Part shown: positions 59,454-64,000 of the stretch, one piece after another
Layout of the letters: each line of letters starts with the position of its first letter
Numbering within the stretch: position 1 is the first letter of the stretch
Origin: an uncultured Gemmatimonadales bacterium
Lineage (GTDB): Bacteria > Gemmatimonadota > Gemmatimonadetes > Longimicrobiales > RSA9
NCBI GenBank assembly: GCA_963816355.1
Contig: CAWFKH010000003.1
Location: 1,536,001-1,600,000, forward strand
Direction: 5' to 3'
Length of the DNA: 64,000 nucleotides
Notes under the pieces: generated by a model
What the model saw: the letters and a program-made list of their open reading frames with translations, nothing else
Databases searched by the model: none
What the model was told of the DNA's origin: nothing
Made by a program: the position numbers and the translations under genes

Positions 59454-62453
59454 TCACCCGATGGGGGGCGCCGGCGCCGGCACCGGCTGGTTGTGCTGGT
59501 CGTAGTCCAGGTGCAGGTCGGGCAGGTTCGTCAGCTCCACGCGGAAGCGGAACTGGAAGTTGCCGTTCTGCGCCTTGACGAAGTCGAAGTTCGCCTGCCA
59601 CTCGTGCAGGTCCCGCGTCAGCGACAGCAGGTGGTCGCTGAAACGGTGGTCCGTGATCGAGTAGCCGGTTCGCCAGCTCACGTTCCAGTTCTCGGTCGGC
59701 TGCAGGGTGACGTTGCCCTGGATCATCTGGTTCTCGAGGCCCTCGCCGATGCGCGGCCGCGTGAGGCTGTAGCTCAGGTTCGCGCGCCACTGCCCCACCG
59801 GACCGTGTCGAGTCCGACGCCTCGACTGCGTCCCCGCCGAGCCGATCAGCCCCAGCTCGTCCCGCGAGGTCGCCCCCAGCTCCCCGCCGTACGTCGCGCT
59901 GGTCGTGTCCCCGGCGTTCGTGGCCGCCTCGTTCACGCCCGGCCGCGGCTCGCGCTCACCGCCCCCCGAGAGCCCCAGCTTGCGGAACAGCCACGAATCG
60001 CTGCTGATCGAGAACGACGTCGTCAGGCTGCTCAGGTGCGGCGCGAACTCCCGCTTCGGCGTCTCGGGCGGCGGCGGGACGTCCGCTCCCGCCGGGCCGC
60101 CACCCGTCGTGCCGGTGTCCGTGCCGGTGCCGGTGCCGGTGTCCGTACCGGTGCCAGCGGTCGAGGCGTTGCGGAAGAGGTCGTGCGTCACGCTGAACGA
60201 CAGACCGTGCAGGAGGTCGGAGCTGATCGTGTTCGTGAGCCGATCCGTGGCGAACCCCTGCCCCGTCTCGCGCGCGCTCACGAAGTCGTAGGCGAGCGCG
60301 CTCGTGGTGAGCGACAGCAGCGTCACCTTCTGCGCCTGGATCAGCCGGCGCGGCTCGCCGCCGAGCGACGCCGCCTCGAGCGAATCGGCGCCCAGCGAGT
60401 CGATGGCCGCGCCTCCGGCGGCTCCGGCGCCCGCCGCGCCGAGCGAGTCGGAACCTGGTTTCTCCTTGTATTTCGCCTCGAAGCTCTGGCGGAGCTGCAG
60501 TGTGATCGCGTTCGTCTCCTTCACCTGCGTCGCGCTGAAGACGGCGCGCTGCAGGTCGCTCACGGTGGGCGCGGGTGAGAAGGTGTAGCTGATGCTGGGA
60601 GAGATGCGGTGGCGAATCCGCGAGAACGGACCGAATCCCGGGAAGAAGCCGTAGACGTCCGTCTGCAGGGACGTGCCCACGTTGAGCCGCAGCGGCGCCG
60701 AGATGTAGCCGCCCCCGAGCGTATCCTGCCGCAGCAGGTCGCCGTTGACGCTGAGCTGCGGCGAGATCGTGCTCGTCCCGATCAGCCGCTGCTGAAAGGC
60801 GATCCCCGTCTGCCAGTGGATCCGATCTTCGCTGAAACGCGGCAGCGCCGCCTCCGCGACCGAATCCACGTTGAGCGTGTCGAGCACCTCCGGCTTCGAC
60901 AACAGGAGGTTGCGTGTCCCGTTCACGCTCTGCGTCCACGACAGGTTGCCCAGCCGGAAGCTGGACTGCAGGCTCGCCGTCGTGTTCGCCGTGTTGCGGA
61001 TCGAGGCTCCGAGGCGCGTCGCCAGGTCCTGGAAGTCCGTCCGCTGCATGTTCATGTTGGCGCTGCCCGAGATCGTCGCGTTGTTGTACCAGCGGGCGCG
61101 CGCCGTCGGCGCGGGGAAGAGTGTGATCGACGCGACGTTTACCGCCACGTTGGGGAGCGTCAGGTCCACTTTGTCCTGCGACAGGAACTGCTGCCGCTTT
61201 CCGCTCAGGCTCAGCGTGCCCCAGTCGAAGCGCCGCGTCACGCCCAGGTTCGAGTCGATCGAGCGCGTCAGCTCGCGCGGGTCGAACGTGTTCCGGCGAA
61301 CGAAGTCCGCGGAGGACGCATAGCTCCCGGAGAGCTGCACGTTCGTCCGCTCGTTCGGCTGCCAGCTCGCCCGCGTCGCCAGCGTGAGATCCTGGCTCTG
61401 GCTGCGCCAGTAGCGCGTGAAGGTGAGGCCGCCATCGAGAAACTGGCGCAGCCAGCGGAAATCGAGCGAGCCGTTGAGCGCCGTCCAGTTGTTGGCGTAC
61501 CACTCGCCGGTCACCTCCGCGCCGAGATGGTCGCTGACCGCCCAGTAGAAGCCGAGATTCGAGATCTTCCGGTTGTAGCCGCTGTTCGTGCGCGCCACGT
61601 CGTTGATGCTGAACGTGGGCATCAGCAAGCCGCTGTGCCGCCCCTGCTTCAGGCTCTGCACCATGAACGGCAGCCACATCACCGGGACGTCGGCGAAGTT
61701 GAGCGTGATGTCGCGCGCCACCAGCACGTCGTTGCGCACCACCTTCCACTCCTTCGCCGTGAAATGGTAGTGCGGCACCTCCAGGCTGCACGTCGTGAAA
61801 TCGACGCCGCTGCCGTAGACGCGGTCGTTGCCGGCGGTGTACAGGTCGCCGTGCGCGTACCAGCTCGCTCCCTGTGTGATCTGCGTCCTCGCGCCCCGCG
61901 CCGCCCCCACCCGCCGCTCGACGTCGTAGCAGACCTGCTGGCTCTGCACCGGCTGCAGCCCGCTCTCGGCGCCACCTTGCATCACTGGCTTGCCGTAGCC
62001 GCAGATCGTCCGATTCAGTTGATCGTAGACGAGTAGCGAGTCGGCGGCGAGCTGCTGTTCCCCGCGCGACACCTGCGCGGGCCCCGCCAGCGCGATGCGG
62101 GCGCTGTCCGCGTTGTAGTGCGCCTGGGCTCCCGTGTAGGCCATCGCATCGTAGCCCTGCAGCGCGAGAAGCGCTCTCGTCACCGAATCGGCCGGCAGCG
62201 CCGGCAGGGAGGGCCGCGCCGAGTCGGAGGCGGTGCGCAGCGAGCGCACGCGAAGGGAGTCGACGCCCAGCGTGTCCGTGCCCAGCGTGTCCGCGGCGGC
62301 CGTGTCGCGATCCATCCGATGCAGCGCTTGCAGCACGCGCTCGCGCTGCTTCTCGCTCAGCGTCGGCTTCTGTTGTGCCGTGGCAGGCGCCGCCGCCGCG
62401 AGCGCGACCAGGCTGCACAGCAGCGCAGCCACCGCGGAGCGGCCCGGCCGCAT
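59454..62453 (-). CDS. LptD-like large outer-membrane protein (LPS assembly)
   Basis: Signal peptide, FTTC...PHYHF, SGLLMP, LGFYWA, long beta-barrel region and TRDLHEW; ATG 62453. Confidence 0.82.
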   Translation of the reverse strand: MRPGRSAVAALLCSLVALAAAAPATAQQKPTLSEKQRERVLQALHRMDRDTAAADTLGTDTLGVDSLRVRSLRTASDSARPSLPALPADSVTRALLALQGYDAMAYTGAQAHYNADSARIALAGPAQVSRGEQQLAADSLLVYDQLNRTICGYGKPVMQGGAESGLQPVQSQQVCYDVERRVGAARGARTQITQGASWYAHGDLYTAGNDRVYGSGVDFTTCSLEVPHYHFTAKEWKVVRNDVLVARDITLNFADVPVMWLPFMVQSLKQGRHSGLLMPTFSINDVARTNSGYNRKISNLGFYWAVSDHLGAEVTGEWYANNWTALNGSLDFRWLRQFLDGGLTFTRYWRSQSQDLTLATRASWQPNERTNVQLSGSYASSADFVRRNTFDPRELTRSIDSNLGVTRRFDWGTLSLSGKRQQFLSQDKVDLTLPNVAVNVASITLFPAPTARARWYNNATISGSANMNMQRTDFQDLATRLGASIRNTANTTASLQSSFRLGNLSWTQSVNGTRNLLLSKPEVLDTLNVDSVAEAALPRFSEDRIHWQTGIAFQQRLIGTSTISPQLSVNGDLLRQDTLGGGYISAPLRLNVGTSLQTDVYGFFPGFGPFSRIRHRISPSISYTFSPAPTVSDLQRAVFSATQVKETNAITLQLRQSFEAKYKEKPGSDSLGAAGAGAAGGAAIDSLGADSLEAASLGGEPRRLIQAQKVTLLSLTTSALAYDFVSARETGQGFATDRLTNTISSDLLHGLSFSVTHDLFRNASTAGTGTDTGTGTGTDTGTTGGGPAGADVPPPPETPKREFAPHLSSLTTSFSISSDSWLFRKLGLSGGGEREPRPGVNEAATNAGDTTSATYGGELGATSRDELGLIGSAGTQSRRRTRHGPVGQWRANLSYSLTRPRIGEGLENQMIQGNVTLQPTENWNVSWRTGYSITDHRFSDHLLSLTRDLHEWQANFDFVKAQNGNFQFRFRVELTNLPDLHLDYDQHNQPVPAPAPPIG

Positions 62454-63235
62454 CACGCCTCCACCAGCGTCTGGCGCTCGCCCGCGCGCCTGCGCCGCCG
62501 CTCGACCAGCACCGTCAGGCCGATGCTCAGCTCGTAGAGCAGGATCAGCGGCACCATGATGAAGACCGTGAGGACGATCATGTCGCCCGGCGTGATGATC
62601 GCCGCCACCACCGTGGAGAGCACGATCGCGAAGCGCCGCTGCCGCCTCAGCATGCGCGAGTCGACGAGTCCCACGACGGCGAGCACGAGGATGATCACCG
62701 GCAGCTCGAAGACGGCGCCGAAGGCGAGCAGCATCTTCATGACAAAGCCGAGGTAGGGGCCCGCGGTGATCATCGGCGAGAGGCTCTCGCGCTGGAATCC
62801 CATCATGAAGCGCAGCGTGGCCGGCAGGGCGGCGTAGTAGCCGAGCGCGACACCCCCGGCGAAGAGCACCAGACCCAGGTAGAACGCGGGAACGATCGCG
62901 CGGCGCTCGTCGCGCCGAAGTGCCGGCGCGAGGAAGGCCCACACCTGGTAGATCACGACCGGCGACGCGAGCAGCCCACCGACCGTGAGGCCGAGCTTGA
63001 GCGTGAGGAAGAAGGGATCCGCCGGGCTCAGGTAGCGCAGCTTGTCGCCGTCCAGATAGGGCAGGACCGGCAGGATCAGCAGGTGCAGCACGTCGAAGCG
63101 GGTCACCAGGGTGAAGCCCACCACGGCGCCCACGGCGAGCGCGATCAGGCTCCACAGCGCCCGCCACCGCAGCTCCTCGAGATGATCGAGGAACGGCATC
63201 TCGAAGCCATCGTTCACGCGCGACCGCAGCTTCAT
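62453..63235 (-). CDS. tatC: Twin-arginine translocase TatC
   Basis: MPFLDHLEELR, YQVWAFLAPAL, FELP, AIITP and LYELSI motifs. Confidence 0.96.
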   Translation of the reverse strand: MKLRSRVNDGFEMPFLDHLEELRWRALWSLIALAVGAVVGFTLVTRFDVLHLLILPVLPYLDGDKLRYLSPADPFFLTLKLGLTVGGLLASPVVIYQVWAFLAPALRRDERRAIVPAFYLGLVLFAGGVALGYYAALPATLRFMMGFQRESLSPMITAGPYLGFVMKMLLAFGAVFELPVIILVLAVVGLVDSRMLRRQRRFAIVLSTVVAAIITPGDMIVLTVFIMVPLILLYELSIGLTVLVERRRRRAGERQTLVEA

Positions 63236-63738
63236 TCGACTTCCAGCGGCAGCTCCGCCTGGCTCGCGTTCAGCGCCGCGCGCGACCGCCGCGCCTTCAG
63301 CTCACGGACCTCGTCGAAGAACTGGTCGATGTCCTGGAAGTTGCGGTAGACGGAGGCGAAACGGACGTACGCGACGTGGTCCACCGCCTTCAGTCGCTCC
63401 ATCACGTGCTCGCCGATCTCGCGGCTCTCGATCTCGTCACGGCCGAGGCCGTTGAGCGCGTCCTCGACGGCATCGACGAGCGCCTCGATCTCGGTGAGCG
63501 TGATCGGGCGCTTGACGCACGACAGCCGCACGGCGCGCACCAGCTTCTGGCGGTCATACGGCTCGATCGAGCCATCTCGCTTCTGCACCTGGAGCGGCCG
63601 CTCCTCCACGTACTCGTACGTCGTGAAGCGGCGCCCACAGCTCAGGCATTCACGCCGCCGGCGGACCGCACCCCCCTCCCGGCTGGTCCGGGTGTCCACG
63701 ACCCGGTCTTCGGTCAGGTGACAGTAGGGGCAACGCAA
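63232..63738 (-). CDS. nrdR: Transcriptional repressor NrdR
   Basis: CPYC...RRRREC..C..RFTTYE, ATP cone and VAYVRFASVY. Confidence 0.97.
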   Translation of the reverse strand: MRCPYCHLTEDRVVDTRTSREGGAVRRRRECLSCGRRFTTYEYVEERPLQVQKRDGSIEPYDRQKLVRAVRLSCVKRPITLTEIEALVDAVEDALNGLGRDEIESREIGEHVMERLKAVDHVAYVRFASVYRNFQDIDQFFDEVRELKARRSRAALNASQAELPLEVE

Positions 63739-63780
63739 GATCCCTCGTCGAGCGGCTCGCCGGATGTGCGCGGGCGGCCG

Positions 63781-64000
63781 CTAGCGGATGTGACGCAGCT
63801 CTTCGGCCGCCTGCTTCGCCGCGTCGGACTTCGGATAACCCGCGACCACACGACGGAAGTAGGCGCGCGCCTTCTGAATGTTCCCCTGCTCACGCGCGAT
63901 CACGCCTGCGCGGTACAGCGCCGCCGGCGCCCGCTCGGAGTTCGGGAACATCTCGACCACGCGCTCCAGCTCGCGCATCGCCCGGTCGTAGTCCTTGTCG
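63781..64000 (-). CDS. C-terminus of a TPR protein, CpoB/YbgF-like (partial)
   Basis: FPNSERAPAALYRAG...VVAGYPKSDAA; the frame is open to the window edge. Confidence 0.7.
   Translation of the reverse strand, partial: DKDYDRAMRELERVVEMFPNSERAPAALYRAGVIAREQGNIQKARAYFRRVVAGYPKSDAAKQAAEELRHIR

Noticed and set aside
63739..63780. NrdR box upstream of nrdR
   Set aside because: No acaCwAtATaTwGtg-like palindrome is visible.

Overview
This is a very GC-rich, gene-dense chromosomal segment of a diderm bacterium (LptD-like, LolA, Tat and CpoB-like genes). Gene content and order suggest Gemmatimonadota or another FCB-related lineage; this is inference. About 59 CDSs can be supported, nearly all on the minus strand in long, translationally coupled runs. 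They include ksgA, an RsbU/W/V partner-switching triplet, pta, coaD, rsmD, recJ, dnaG, mutS2, prmA, dnaJ/hrcA/hemW, dprA, obgE, ctpA, ino1 with a CDP-alcohol phosphatidyltransferase, prmC/prfA/rpmE, spoIID, hemL, rimO, lolA, ftsK, accBC, aroQ, tatA/tatC, a polyprenyl synthase, hutH/hutI/formiminotransferase, an lptD-like gene and nrdR. Five genes lie on the plus strand: a hypothetical, an orphan soluble histidine kinase, an M16 peptidase pair and ppiD. I found no rRNA, tRNA, CRISPR array, transposase, integrase or phage genes. The region is mostly housekeeping and shows no obviously new multi-gene system. The best leads are strong enrichment of the Bacteroidetes O-glycosylation sequon D-(S/T)-(A/L/V/I/M/T) in exported proteins, an inositol-phospholipid gene pair, two TPR/acidic-linker scaffold proteins, a possibly membrane-tethered LolA, and insertions in the dnaJ-prmA-HIT region. 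Start codons were refined by eye and all functional calls are motif-based; no searches were run.
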